Positions 28,388-37,564 of a stretch of DNA of 64,000 bases are shown one piece after another. Under the pieces are notes generated by a model. The model did no database searches. It had not been told where the DNA came from and saw only the letters and a list, made by a program, of their open reading frames with translations. The position numbers and the translations under genes were made by a program. Numbering within the stretch: position 1 is the stretch's first letter; every line of letters starts with the position of its first letter. This stretch comes from an uncultured Spirochaetaceae bacterium (GTDB lineage: Bacteria > Myxococcota_A > UBA9160 > UBA4427), in NCBI GenBank assembly GCA_964565565.1, contig CAZMFM010000001.1, positions 3,883 to 67,882 of the forward strand, written 5' to 3'.

Positions 28388-31003
28388 TCAGGATCCGATC
28401 TTGCTGTCCGTGATCGAGCCGGCGAGCGTTTGCCGGACTTCCGTGAGGATCTCACCGGCCGATTGAAAACGGTTGGCGGGATCCTTCTCCAGACACCGCT
28501 CGACGATTGACGAGAGCGTGGCCGGCAGGTCGGGCCGAATGTCCAGAATCCTGGGCGGCGCCGTGTGAACATGGTGATAGGGAATATTCCCTTCCTTGAA
28601 GGGGACGGTTCCGGTCGCCATTTCGAAGATTGCGACACCCAGCGAATAGATATCCGTTCGATAGTCGACGTTCTTTCCGAGTGTCTGCTCGGGGCTCATA
28701 TAGTAGGGCGTGCCGGCGACGACCGTCGTGTGGTTGCGCGCTTCTTCGACGACCTTCGCGAGACCAAAGTCCATCAGCTTGGCCTTCTTGTCCCGCGTCC
28801 ACATCGCGTTCGCCGGCTTGATGTCGCGATGTACGACCTTCTTCTCATGGGCGTAGGCCAGAGCTTCGCAAATTTGCACCAGTACGTGCAGGATGCCCGA
28901 AGGTGAAATCGCACCGCGTCGCCGAAGGATCTCCTTCAGCGTCGTCCCTTCGACGTACTCCATTGCAATGTAGTACCGCCCCTGCTGCTCGCCGGTATCG
29001 TAGACCGTGACGATGTTCGGATGATTGAGCTTGGCCGCAGCCTGCGCCTCACGCATGAAGTTGGCGATCGCCTGCGGATTCTCGGTCAAGGCCTGAGGCA
29101 GCACCTTGAACGCGACCATGCGGTCGAGCACGGTGTCCTTGACCTTGTAGACGATGCCCATGCCGCCCCGGCCGAGTTCGCCAACGATCTGATAGCGATC
29201 GTCGACGGGCGCCCCACCACCCCGGGTTCCCGTAGCCGTACGATCGTTGCGGCCTTGGTTCGTAGCAGCCAGGGGCTCTTCTTCCTCGGCCGTCGATCGG
29301 ATCTCGGCCAACCTCTCCTCGACGTCTCGATAGTGATAGTCGAAGGCCATCACCTTTTCGTAGATCTCGACGGCGTCCCGGGGCTTGTTGTCTTCCTGAT
29401 AGATCGTTGCCAGCTTGTAGTAGCCGTCAACACTATCGCGTGTCAGCTCGGTATCCCCGATCGCCTGCTGCAGCTTTGTGACAGCGAGCGAGAGCTGGCC
29501 GCGTGCCGCAAAGATGTCGCCGAGAATCGCGGCCGCCCGCGCAAAATCATCATCTTCCTGAGACACCTTCTGGAGCACCGAGATGGCCTCGTCATCGAGG
29601 CCCTGCTCATGATTGATCTCTCCGGCTCGCAGATAGTCGCCGGCCTTCTCCAACAGCTCAGCCTCTCGCGCGGGATTGCCCACGAGCGCGAAACATTCGG
29701 CGGCCTCGGTAAAGCGACCTGCCTTCTCGAAGGTATGCCCGGCATTCTCGCGGTCTCCAGCGAGCTGATACATTTCGGCGGCTTGCAAATAGCCATGCTG
29801 TTCCTGGTAGCACTCGGCCGCTTTCGCGAATTGCTCGAGGTTGCGGTAGAGATCGCCAGCTTCGAGATGGTCGCCAGCCTCCTCGAGGAGTACCGCGGCG
29901 CGTTCGTTCTCCCCCGCGTCGCGCAAATGCTGACCGAGCAGTCGCGCGGCATCTGCGGCAGAGCCCGATTCCTTGAGTGACGCCGCGGCCCGCTCGATGT
30001 CGCCGGCCGCTCGAAAATGCAATGCCGCCGCCTCATGCTTGCCGAGCGTCACGGCGACTTCCGCCGCCTCGAGTTCGCAGCCGCCCCGTTCGAAGACCTC
30101 GAAAGCCTTCTCGGAATCCTCAGCCTTCAGGAAGAGCTTCCCGGCCTGTCGGATCAGCTTTGACATCTCGGCCGACTTCTTCGGATCCATCGTCGACTTG
30201 CCGCCCTCGTCGACAAAGACCAGCTCGAGACATTCCGCCGCCGCTCGCCAGTTTTTGCATTTGACGAACATGGCGGCGGCGTGACGCATGAAATCCGTCT
30301 CGCGATAGCAGTCGGCGGCTTGGCGATAGAGTTCGGCCTTCTCGAACATCTCGGCCGCCACGCTTTTCAAGTCAGCTTTCAAATAACAGTCCGCGGCCTT
30401 GGCCCATTCTTCTTGCTGGCCATAGATCGACCCGGCCGCTTCATAGTTTTCGCCTTGAAAGTGCAGGTCTGCGGATTCGAGGAAGCGATTCTGGTCGTGT
30501 CTAATTTCGGCCGCACGGATCACGTCACCGGCTTCGACGAAAAATTTCACGGCCTCATCATGCAGCTCGTGGTCCCAGAGCAGCTCGGCCGCTTCCGTGA
30601 GTTCGCCCTTTTTTTTGAGTGCGTTGGCGTGCTTCAGGATTCGCTTGACGGTCCGCTTGTCGGTCGGTGCTTCATTGCCACCGGTCTTCGGCTCCGCGGC
30701 CTCTTCCAGCTCGTCACCCTTTCGCCCAAACACACCCAGACAAAAGGCGAGTGTGACGAGTCCCAGCGGCAGCAACACGAATCGCAGAGCGGTCTCGGCG
30801 ACCCATTCCTCGGTGGTCACGGAAAAGTCGCGTGAAACCTCGAAGCCCTGGTCGATCGCCCAGCGATTCAAACCCTGTAGTTGGCGACGGGTCTGATCGG
30901 CGACTTCGCTGCCAGTGCCGTAGCTCGCCAGAAGTCCAAAAGAACCGAGGGCGATGAAGAAAATCGCAAAGGGCAGGGAAACGATTCTGGCCAGAATTCG
31001 CAC
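28388..31003 (-). CDS. Membrane-anchored TPR/SNAP-like-repeat protein with a C-terminal Ser/Thr protein kinase domain
   Basis: Two N-terminal TM segments (ILARIVSLPFAIFFIALGSFGLL and FVLLPLGLVTLAFCLGVFG). About 500 aa of roughly 20-aa helical repeats follow (..AAECY.., ..AADCY.., ..AAEMY..). The Hanks kinase part has GRGGMGIVYK..VAFKVL, HRDIKPAN, DFGLAK and GTPYYMSPE. Confidence 0.9.
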   Translation of the reverse strand: MRILARIVSLPFAIFFIALGSFGLLASYGTGSEVADQTRRQLQGLNRWAIDQGFEVSRDFSVTTEEWVAETALRFVLLPLGLVTLAFCLGVFGRKGDELEEAAEPKTGGNEAPTDKRTVKRILKHANALKKKGELTEAAELLWDHELHDEAVKFFVEAGDVIRAAEIRHDQNRFLESADLHFQGENYEAAGSIYGQQEEWAKAADCYLKADLKSVAAEMFEKAELYRQAADCYRETDFMRHAAAMFVKCKNWRAAAECLELVFVDEGGKSTMDPKKSAEMSKLIRQAGKLFLKAEDSEKAFEVFERGGCELEAAEVAVTLGKHEAAALHFRAAGDIERAAASLKESGSAADAARLLGQHLRDAGENERAAVLLEEAGDHLEAGDLYRNLEQFAKAAECYQEQHGYLQAAEMYQLAGDRENAGHTFEKAGRFTEAAECFALVGNPAREAELLEKAGDYLRAGEINHEQGLDDEAISVLQKVSQEDDDFARAAAILGDIFAARGQLSLAVTKLQQAIGDTELTRDSVDGYYKLATIYQEDNKPRDAVEIYEKVMAFDYHYRDVEERLAEIRSTAEEEEPLAATNQGRNDRTATGTRGGGAPVDDRYQIVGELGRGGMGIVYKVKDTVLDRMVAFKVLPQALTENPQAIANFMREAQAAAKLNHPNIVTVYDTGEQQGRYYIAMEYVEGTTLKEILRRRGAISPSGILHVLVQICEALAYAHEKKVVHRDIKPANAMWTRDKKAKLMDFGLAKVVEEARNHTTVVAGTPYYMSPEQTLGKNVDYRTDIYSLGVAIFEMATGTVPFKEGNIPYHHVHTAPPRILDIRPDLPATLSSIVERCLEKDPANRFQSAGEILTEVRQTLAGSITDSKIGS

Positions 31004-31197
31004 GATTTCGATTCATCCCATTTCAGCTGCCACCCAATTGCGCGGCAGGCTTCCGAAGCGTCGCCCTTCGATCCAGACCGACCGGGGCCCTGCAAAGGAC
31101 GGTTCCAGGCATTCGTATCGGCCGACGGAGGGTCCGAGGTGAGTTCTTCGTAGGGGGAGATTCCGCCCGAACCCGGGCATCTGCCGCGCACTCGCAT

Positions 31198-32805
31198 ATG
31201 CTCTGCCAGGTGGGTCAGCGCATTCAAATTTCCAGTCGTCCGATTCACCAAGCCCCGGTTTGCAGGCGCCTCTTGGCCATCACCGCCTTGGCCACCCTGG
31301 GCTCGATGCTCGCCCTCTCACCGGGGGCCCATGCGGAAGATTCCGCTCCTTTTGCACTTCACTCCCATGAGATCCAGGGATTGATCCGGCAGGTCTGGCC
31401 GCTCCAGGTCAGCCAATGCCCGGGCCAGGAATCCGACCTGCTCGTGCTCAGTACGCAGGGCGCCCCGCCACAACTCGAAAAGCGGCTGACCTGGATGCCC
31501 TGCGGGTCGGCCCTCGAGCCCGGTGATGCTCGAATCCTCGAACGCCCGCTGCCTGATTCGACGGTGGTTGTGGACGTAGCGCGCATCTCGGGTCGACGGG
31601 GACCTCAACTGTTGATGATTTCGGCGCGCGGCATCCGAATCGAAGCGCTCGAATCCGAGGACCCGCCACTCGACCTACCGATTCCCGGCGGACTCCCGTT
31701 ACCGCCCCGTCCGTGGGAGATCGGGCGCCTCCCGATCGTCGACGATTGGCATGACAACGGTCGCCCGACCGCGCTCGTCCCCTCGCTAGGCGGTGGTTGG
31801 CTCGTCGATCTCACCACGTCGGACGCGCGCAAGATCGAGATGCCGATCTACGCCAGCTATCGGACCTACGTGCCCCACCTTCCGGCAACGGTCTGGAAAT
31901 GGATGATCCAGGAAGTGACCTGGCCGGCGATTTCGCGCATCGACGACAATGGCGACGGTCGACTTGATCTCTTTGCGCTGTCTCGCTGGGGCATCTGGAT
32001 CTATCACGCAGGACCGGAAGGTCTGCCTAGCACGCCGAGTCGACGATTGGATGTCGTTCCCTTCGACGGCGACGAAGAGCGGCGCCACGAAGCGACAGTC
32101 AACAACTACTTTGCCCACGATCTCAATGGCGACCAGCGTGCGGATCTGCTCTTGAATACGATCGTCGGCGGACTCATGAATGGCCGGTCGAGCACGAAGA
32201 TCTTCCTGAACGACGGAGCAGGCGCTTCCCTCGACAAGGCACCGGATGCTGCGCGCGATCGGGAAGGCGGGCTTTCGGGTATCCACTTCGTGGACATCGA
32301 CGGAGATGGTGTCGACGAGATGCTCGAAACGACGATGGAATTCGGGATCGTGCAGATGATGCGAATTCTTGTGACGCGCAAGGCCAAGACCCAGATTCGC
32401 GTTCTCGCCCTCGATCCCGAATCACCCGACGGCACCCGAACGATCTTCGAAGACGAATTTTCATTTCGGCTCAATTTCGGAGACAGCTCGATGTCGGGGT
32501 TGGTCCCCAGTCTGGGCGATTGGAATGGCGACGGAATCCAGGACCTTTTTGTCGCGAAGGGTGATGATGAAATCTCCTTTCGAATCGGGTCGACAAAGGA
32601 AGGCGAGGATCTCTTCGGCCGTGCGAAGGGGCGCCAACGGGTCGGCCTCGACAGCGGCGAGAGTCGCATTACCGACTTGAACGGAGACGGCCTCGACGAC
32701 ATCGTGGCCTTTACGGACAATGACGCGGATCAGCCGCTCATCGTCTTGCAAAACCGCGGGCGGCTGCCGGGCACACCACCGGCTTTACGGGCAACGACAA
32801 AATGA
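31198..32805 (+). CDS. Secreted FG-GAP/VCBS-repeat (integrin-alpha-like) protein
   Basis: Signal-like LLAITALATLGSMLALSPGAHA. Ca-binding-type loops recur: DDNGDGRLDLF, DLNGDQRADLL, DIDGDGVDEM, DWNGDGIQDLF and DLNGDGLDDIV. Confidence 0.8.
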   Translation: MLCQVGQRIQISSRPIHQAPVCRRLLAITALATLGSMLALSPGAHAEDSAPFALHSHEIQGLIRQVWPLQVSQCPGQESDLLVLSTQGAPPQLEKRLTWMPCGSALEPGDARILERPLPDSTVVVDVARISGRRGPQLLMISARGIRIEALESEDPPLDLPIPGGLPLPPRPWEIGRLPIVDDWHDNGRPTALVPSLGGGWLVDLTTSDARKIEMPIYASYRTYVPHLPATVWKWMIQEVTWPAISRIDDNGDGRLDLFALSRWGIWIYHAGPEGLPSTPSRRLDVVPFDGDEERRHEATVNNYFAHDLNGDQRADLLLNTIVGGLMNGRSSTKIFLNDGAGASLDKAPDAARDREGGLSGIHFVDIDGDGVDEMLETTMEFGIVQMMRILVTRKAKTQIRVLALDPESPDGTRTIFEDEFSFRLNFGDSSMSGLVPSLGDWNGDGIQDLFVAKGDDEISFRIGSTKEGEDLFGRAKGRQRVGLDSGESRITDLNGDGLDDIVAFTDNDADQPLIVLQNRGRLPGTPPALRATTK

Positions 32806-34055
32806 GCGCACACCAACCATCGATCGCCGACCGCGTTTGCCTCGCCTGCCGGTTGGCCAGCGTCCTCGTGATCTCTTGCGCCTCGATCGCTGCGGCTTCG
32901 CCCCAGGCCGAGACACCGGCCAAGCATGACTCGCAGCCCCCACTCGTCGCTTTGCCCGATCAGCCTGCCGAAGTGCCCTGGCCAACCGGGCGCTGGCCGG
33001 AGAGCGATCTCGATCCGAACCTCGACCGCGCAGCACTCGAATCGGCCATCGAGAGACTCTTTGCACCCATCGGTCGCGGCCAGGTACCCGATTCCCGAGC
33101 GCTCCTCATCGTCCAACACGGAAAAATCGTCGCCGAGCGTTATTCCGAGGGCTTCGACGCGGACAGCCGCTTTCATACCTGGTCCCTGGCCAAGAGCCTG
33201 ACCCAGGCTCTCATCGGCATCCTCGTCCACCGCGGCGTCCTCGCCCTCGACGAGCCCGTACCCATCCCACAATGGCAGTCCAAGGGTGACCCGCGAGCCG
33301 AGATCACTCTTCGACAGATGCTCAACATGACCTCGGGCATTGCGAACCAGGACTTCCCCGAAGACGCGAATGGCCCCGGAGATTTCGTTCGAAACCTACT
33401 CTTCGGAGCCGGGGCGATGGATGCCACCGCCTATGCAGCCGACGCCGAATTGACCCATCCGCCCGGCACGCATTGGGCGTATTCGACGGCGACCACGAAT
33501 TTGCTGGCCGGGGTCATCGGCCGCGCCGTTGCGGAGGATGCGCCTGGACGCGCCGCCTTCATCCAGACCGAGTTGCTGGCCCCGATCGGTGCAGAGAAGA
33601 TCATTTTCGAGTTCGATCTGGCAGGGCATTTCATGGGCGGCAGCCATCTCTATGGTCGCGCCCGAGACTTTGCTCGCATAGGTCTTCTCTACATGCGCGA
33701 TGGCGTCTGGGACGGCAGCCGAATCCTGCCCGAAGGCTGGGTCGACTTCTCGCGCAGGCGCGCTCCGGCAGAAAACAACGGAAACCACGGTGCCCATTTC
33801 TGGCTCAATCTCCCACCCAAGGCATCGCAATTCAATCTCTTTCCCGGGCGCCCTGTCTCCATTTTCGAGGCCAGCGGAAATAACGGACAACTCGTGATCA
33901 TCGTCCCGACGAACGACCTCATCATCGTCCGCCTCGGCGAGATGCAGACCACAAACTGGGACGAAATGAACGCCTCGCTGGCGAGTATCATCGACGTCTT
34001 CCTGGAGACCCAACCGGAAGACCCGCGGCAGGCGTACCAAAGAGGGAGCGAGTGA
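32802..34055 (+). CDS. Serine hydrolase, beta-lactamase family
   Basis: SxxK nucleophile motif (HTWSLAKSL), WAYSTATTNLLAG, and ASGNNGQLVIIVP near the C-terminus. N-terminal signal or anchor. ATGA overlap with the upstream gene. Confidence 0.85.
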   Translation: MSAHQPSIADRVCLACRLASVLVISCASIAAASPQAETPAKHDSQPPLVALPDQPAEVPWPTGRWPESDLDPNLDRAALESAIERLFAPIGRGQVPDSRALLIVQHGKIVAERYSEGFDADSRFHTWSLAKSLTQALIGILVHRGVLALDEPVPIPQWQSKGDPRAEITLRQMLNMTSGIANQDFPEDANGPGDFVRNLLFGAGAMDATAYAADAELTHPPGTHWAYSTATTNLLAGVIGRAVAEDAPGRAAFIQTELLAPIGAEKIIFEFDLAGHFMGGSHLYGRARDFARIGLLYMRDGVWDGSRILPEGWVDFSRRRAPAENNGNHGAHFWLNLPPKASQFNLFPGRPVSIFEASGNNGQLVIIVPTNDLIIVRLGEMQTTNWDEMNASLASIIDVFLETQPEDPRQAYQRGSE

Positions 34056-34059
34056 ACCC

Positions 34060-34383
34060 ATGACGCCTACACGACGACGTGTCTTGCAAGGGGGCTCCGC
34101 GATCGCATTGCTGCTCGTGATCGTCGCCTCGTTTGGCTACCGGGCAGCCCGGGCACAGGCCAATATTGGCGCCGGTTACGTGGCACACCAGATTTGCTCT
34201 TGCATCTTCGTCGCGGAACGAAGTTACGAATCGTGCTTGCCGGATTTGCTTCCGGTGATGGACTCGATCCGATCCGAAGTCGTCGAGATCGGTGAGCATC
34301 AGGGCGTTCGTGGATGGGTTCCATTACTCGCGGACCGACGCGCCGTGCATACCCCGGGACGCGGATGCGCACTCCTCGAATAA
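34060..34383 (+). CDS. Small hypothetical protein with an N-terminal RR-containing signal or anchor and several Cys
   Basis: 107 aa. TRRRVLQGGSAIALLLVIVASFG then ..GYVAHQICSCIFVAERSYESC... Starts 4 nt after the previous stop. No family recognised. Confidence 0.45.
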   Translation: MTPTRRRVLQGGSAIALLLVIVASFGYRAARAQANIGAGYVAHQICSCIFVAERSYESCLPDLLPVMDSIRSEVVEIGEHQGVRGWVPLLADRRAVHTPGRGCALLE

Positions 34384-34406
34384 CGGCGAAGGCGCTTCGC
34401 TCCGTC

Positions 34407-35114
34407 ATGCTTCGGCCAACTCGCTCATTTCGTCACCGCCGGGCTGTTCGGATTTTCGTCATCGCCTCTTCCCTCGGCCTCTTCATCTCTCTGGTCTCGG
34501 GCGCCGAGGCAGAGGTCGGAGACTCGATCGTCGGAAGTGTTCGCGACGCGGATACCGACGAGCCGATCGAGGGCGCCTGGATTTTCGAAACCGAGCGGCG
34601 GACGCGTTCGGGGGCCGATGTGGCGCGGGTGGCGGGGAGTCGCGCGACACGGAGCGATGCGGCCGGTCGGTTTTCCTTCGAGCACTCAGCCGAGGGTTTT
34701 TGGAGTTTCCTTTTTCGGCGCCGGCCGGAGCGGCGGTATGTCTTTTACGACCCGAGCTATGGCCTGATGCGAGTGCGTGCCGGAAACGATGGCCAGACGG
34801 TGAAGATGCGACCGTCACTACGCGACGCCCATCTTCGCCAAGCCGATGCCCTCGCCTTCTGCAACCGGACCGATGAAGATGAAATGTCTAGAACGATGCG
34901 CGAGCTCGCATGCCCTCCCTCGCGCGCAGAGCGCTTTCAAGACGGTTCGCCTCGCGCAACCGGAGACGTTGACGAACAGGGTCGCCGCGACGGTCCTTGG
35001 ACCTTCTTCCGCGCCGACGGAAGCGTGATCGCCCGGGGCGTATACAGAGCCGGCGGCGCGGTGGGTGTGTGGCACTTCGAGCCGGCGAACTCGACCAGCT
35101 CGAATCAAGACTGA
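34407..35114 (+). CDS. Secreted hypothetical protein, CarboxypepD_reg-like N-terminal part and MORN/YwqK-like C-terminal repeat
   Basis: Signal-like RAVRIFVIASSLGLFISLVSGAEA. GSVRDADTDEPIEGAWI..DAAGRFSF resembles the carboxypeptidase regulatory fold. ..GRRDGPWTFFRADGSVIARGVYRAGGAVGVWHF resembles a MORN-variant repeat. Confidence 0.6.
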   Translation: MLRPTRSFRHRRAVRIFVIASSLGLFISLVSGAEAEVGDSIVGSVRDADTDEPIEGAWIFETERRTRSGADVARVAGSRATRSDAAGRFSFEHSAEGFWSFLFRRRPERRYVFYDPSYGLMRVRAGNDGQTVKMRPSLRDAHLRQADALAFCNRTDEDEMSRTMRELACPPSRAERFQDGSPRATGDVDEQGRRDGPWTFFRADGSVIARGVYRAGGAVGVWHFEPANSTSSNQD

Positions 35115-35220
35115 GCGCGATCTCGTTTCGATCCATAAATACTCGTCGGCGCATACTCCAATGGGCGACTTTCCCTCCACCCAACCGCGAAAATTCCTTG
35201 GCCTCGACTAACGATCTCGC

Positions 35221-35282
35221 TTGCATTTTGGAAGTGACGGTGCGTAAGATGAACAAAGTCGCGCCGCGGTGAGGCACCGCGG
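35221..35282 (+). promoter_or_regulatory. Candidate sigma70-like promoter (TTGCAT-N18-TAAGAT) followed by a perfect 8-bp leader hairpin
   Basis: TTGCAT at 35221-35226 and TAAGAT at 35245-35250, in an AT-richer patch of the 196-nt gap. CCGCGGTG-AGG-CACCGCGG at 35264-35282, then AGGAGG at 35302-35307. Confidence 0.3.
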
Positions 35283-35310
35283 GCTGCCGACATCGAATTG
35301 CAGGAGGGGG

Positions 35311-36222
35311 ATGGCAATGAATCGATCGGGATTGGGATTACGACGAGGCTGGTTACTCGCAATGCTCGCGTTCGGGTTGTTCGCGACCGCGACGACCACA
35401 CAGGCAGGCGTTGGCGGTGATGACGCGGGCAGCTGCGTGAGCGCCTGTGGCGGCTACGGGGCCGGAAACAACGCCAATAGCTGCTACTGCGATTCCTCGT
35501 GTTCGTCCTTCGGAGATTGTTGTGCGGACTACGAGCCGGTCTGCAACACGAATACCGGCTGCACGCCCAACTCGGGTAGTCGCTATATCCTGCACGTCGG
35601 CGGCATGTGCTCTCAAGGATGGGACGACGCACTGGCCAACAAGGCCGGCTACACCTCGATCGACGTCAAAGCCGTCCAGACCAATCACAGCGGCCTGTCC
35701 GACGCGAGCGCCTCGCTCGGAATCTATCTCGACCAATGCTGCACGGGCTCGAATCTCTGTTATGTCGTGAACTACAGTGGCGGCGACGCCGTCATGGGCC
35801 ACCGTTTCGCAAACTCGAGTTCGAACTGGAACATCAACTGGGTGGGTACGTCGGCTGGCGCAGGGGGCGGAAGCGCCCTGTCCGGCAACCTTCTGGCCGA
35901 CATCTTCGGCCCCTGCGACTACTCGGGACACCTCGGCCGTTCCGAAGTCCGCAACGCCTACAACCACAACGACACCAATGGCGAGACCGTCTACCACATC
36001 GGCGGATACGACGGCTGGTGGTACACGTCCTGGCTGCTCCCGGGTGAGGACGACGGCGCGGTCGCCTATCACTCCGCGGGCGCTGTGACTTCGGTCCAGG
36101 GTACCAGCAGCATGTGTACGGGCCCGAAGTGGACGAACCATGTCACCGCATGGACCTGCACGGGCTACGACCTGGACCACTACGGGATGAAGAACAAGTT
36201 CATCTCGAACCTGGGCTGGTAG
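35311..36222 (+). CDS. Secreted somatomedin-B-like domain fused to a putative Ser-Asp-His (lipase-like) hydrolase
   Basis: Signal peptide WLLAMLAFGLFATATTTQAG. The stretch SCVSACGGYGAGNNANSCYCDSSCSSFGDCCADYEPVC reproduces the eight-Cys SMB spacing (C-x3-C..C-x-CD-x2-C-x5-CC-xDY-x3-C). The remainder has VVNYSGGD, GEDDGAV and LDHYGM, which could form a triad. The start could instead be ATG 35317. Confidence 0.8.
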   Translation: MAMNRSGLGLRRGWLLAMLAFGLFATATTTQAGVGGDDAGSCVSACGGYGAGNNANSCYCDSSCSSFGDCCADYEPVCNTNTGCTPNSGSRYILHVGGMCSQGWDDALANKAGYTSIDVKAVQTNHSGLSDASASLGIYLDQCCTGSNLCYVVNYSGGDAVMGHRFANSSSNWNINWVGTSAGAGGGSALSGNLLADIFGPCDYSGHLGRSEVRNAYNHNDTNGETVYHIGGYDGWWYTSWLLPGEDDGAVAYHSAGAVTSVQGTSSMCTGPKWTNHVTAWTCTGYDLDHYGMKNKFISNLGW

Positions 36223-36250
36223 CAATTCGACGGACTCGTCGGGTCGAGAG

Positions 36251-37495
36251 ATGAATTCTGAATATGCGGCATCTCTCACCCGGCGCGTCTGGCGCGTCAT
36301 CGGACCAATCGCGCTGATCCTCGTCGTCGTCGCGCTTGTAGCCTGGTTTTCCTGGAACACCGCCAACCCGACCGATCCAACCGATCGCCCCCTCGCAACG
36401 ACCCCCACACCCTCGCCTTCCCCGACTTCCGTCAATCCGGTCGCGCCGACCGGCAAAACAAAAGACGACGACCTCCCACCCGCCGTTCGCCGCTACCTCG
36501 CCGCGACCGTCTACCCGCCTGGGACGGGCCGTCTCACGGCGGCACAAGACGACCTGATTCATCCGAATCAACGGTTCGAGGATTTTCGTCGGGTCCTCGA
36601 CACCTACAACGAAGACGACAATCAGGTCGTCTCGATTCGACTCACTGCCGACCGTTTCTTCTACACCGGCGAAGAGGCGATCGAGCTTCGTCTGGCCGTG
36701 CGACGTGGCTCCAATCCGATCCGACCGGTTTCCGTCGATGCCCGCGCACTCCGTGAAGGACGAGCGGGGTCCGAGGGCAACCCGATTCCCGTCCGCTTCC
36801 GCCGCGAAGCCGACGGCCTGGTCGCCGATCTCGATTCGGCCCGATTCGCAGATCATCACGGCCCGATTCTCGTCCAGGCAAGAATCGAATACGAAGCCGG
36901 CGCCTACTACGAAGAAAATTTGCGACTCTTCTACACCCCGACAAACAAGATCCCCGCGCGCTTTACGGGCGAATTTCGGGATTCGCTCCGGGCCGGAAGT
37001 CTTCAGGTCGACATCGGGCTCGACGTCGAAATCGAAGGCTTCTATCGAATCGACGCGAACCTCTACGACCGCTTTGGAAATCCCATCAGCTTCTCCGCCT
37101 TCAAGGGGAATCTCGAATCAGGCAAGCGCTTCGTCCCGATCCGCTTCTTCGGGCGAGTCCTTCGCGATACCAACGCGAGCGGACCCTATCGGGTCGGGCA
37201 AATTCGTGGATATCGATTTCTCGACGGCGAATACCCGGACCGCGAGCGGATTCCCGACTTCGCAGGTCGTCACCAGACGGCCCGATATGGCGTGGAGCAA
37301 TTCTCAGACGATGAGTACGCGAGCGAACAAAAGCAGAGGATGGTTCAACTCCTCCTCGAAGACGTCGCCCGCGGCATCTCGATCGACCAACCGCCACTTG
37401 CGAGCGCCAACGCCGATACCACGGCAGCCACCGCGCCGCTCGCTACGCCGCCCACTGCGCCGCCGCCCACAACGCCGAACCCGGCGCCCAACTAG
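36251..37495 (+). CDS. Membrane-anchored hypothetical protein with Pro/Thr-rich linkers
   Basis: 414 aa. Single N-terminal TM (IGPIALILVVVALVAWF), PT-rich linker, an ectodomain of about 300 aa of unknown family, and a Pro/Ala/Thr tail. Coding-like composition. Confidence 0.65.
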   Translation: MNSEYAASLTRRVWRVIGPIALILVVVALVAWFSWNTANPTDPTDRPLATTPTPSPSPTSVNPVAPTGKTKDDDLPPAVRRYLAATVYPPGTGRLTAAQDDLIHPNQRFEDFRRVLDTYNEDDNQVVSIRLTADRFFYTGEEAIELRLAVRRGSNPIRPVSVDARALREGRAGSEGNPIPVRFRREADGLVADLDSARFADHHGPILVQARIEYEAGAYYEENLRLFYTPTNKIPARFTGEFRDSLRAGSLQVDIGLDVEIEGFYRIDANLYDRFGNPISFSAFKGNLESGKRFVPIRFFGRVLRDTNASGPYRVGQIRGYRFLDGEYPDRERIPDFAGRHQTARYGVEQFSDDEYASEQKQRMVQLLLEDVARGISIDQPPLASANADTTAATAPLATPPTAPPPTTPNPAPN

Positions 37496-37564
37496 CACCG
37501 AGCCGATCAGGGCGAAGCCCGGCGGGCCGGGCCACACCCACTGGAACGGCCGCAACGAGTCTCG

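Noticed and set aside
35353-36456. 367-aa minus-strand ORF opposite the SMB-hydrolase gene
   Set aside because: It has no motifs and is Val/Arg/Gly/Ala-rich. The plus frame has a signal peptide, an exact SMB cysteine pattern and an upstream SD.
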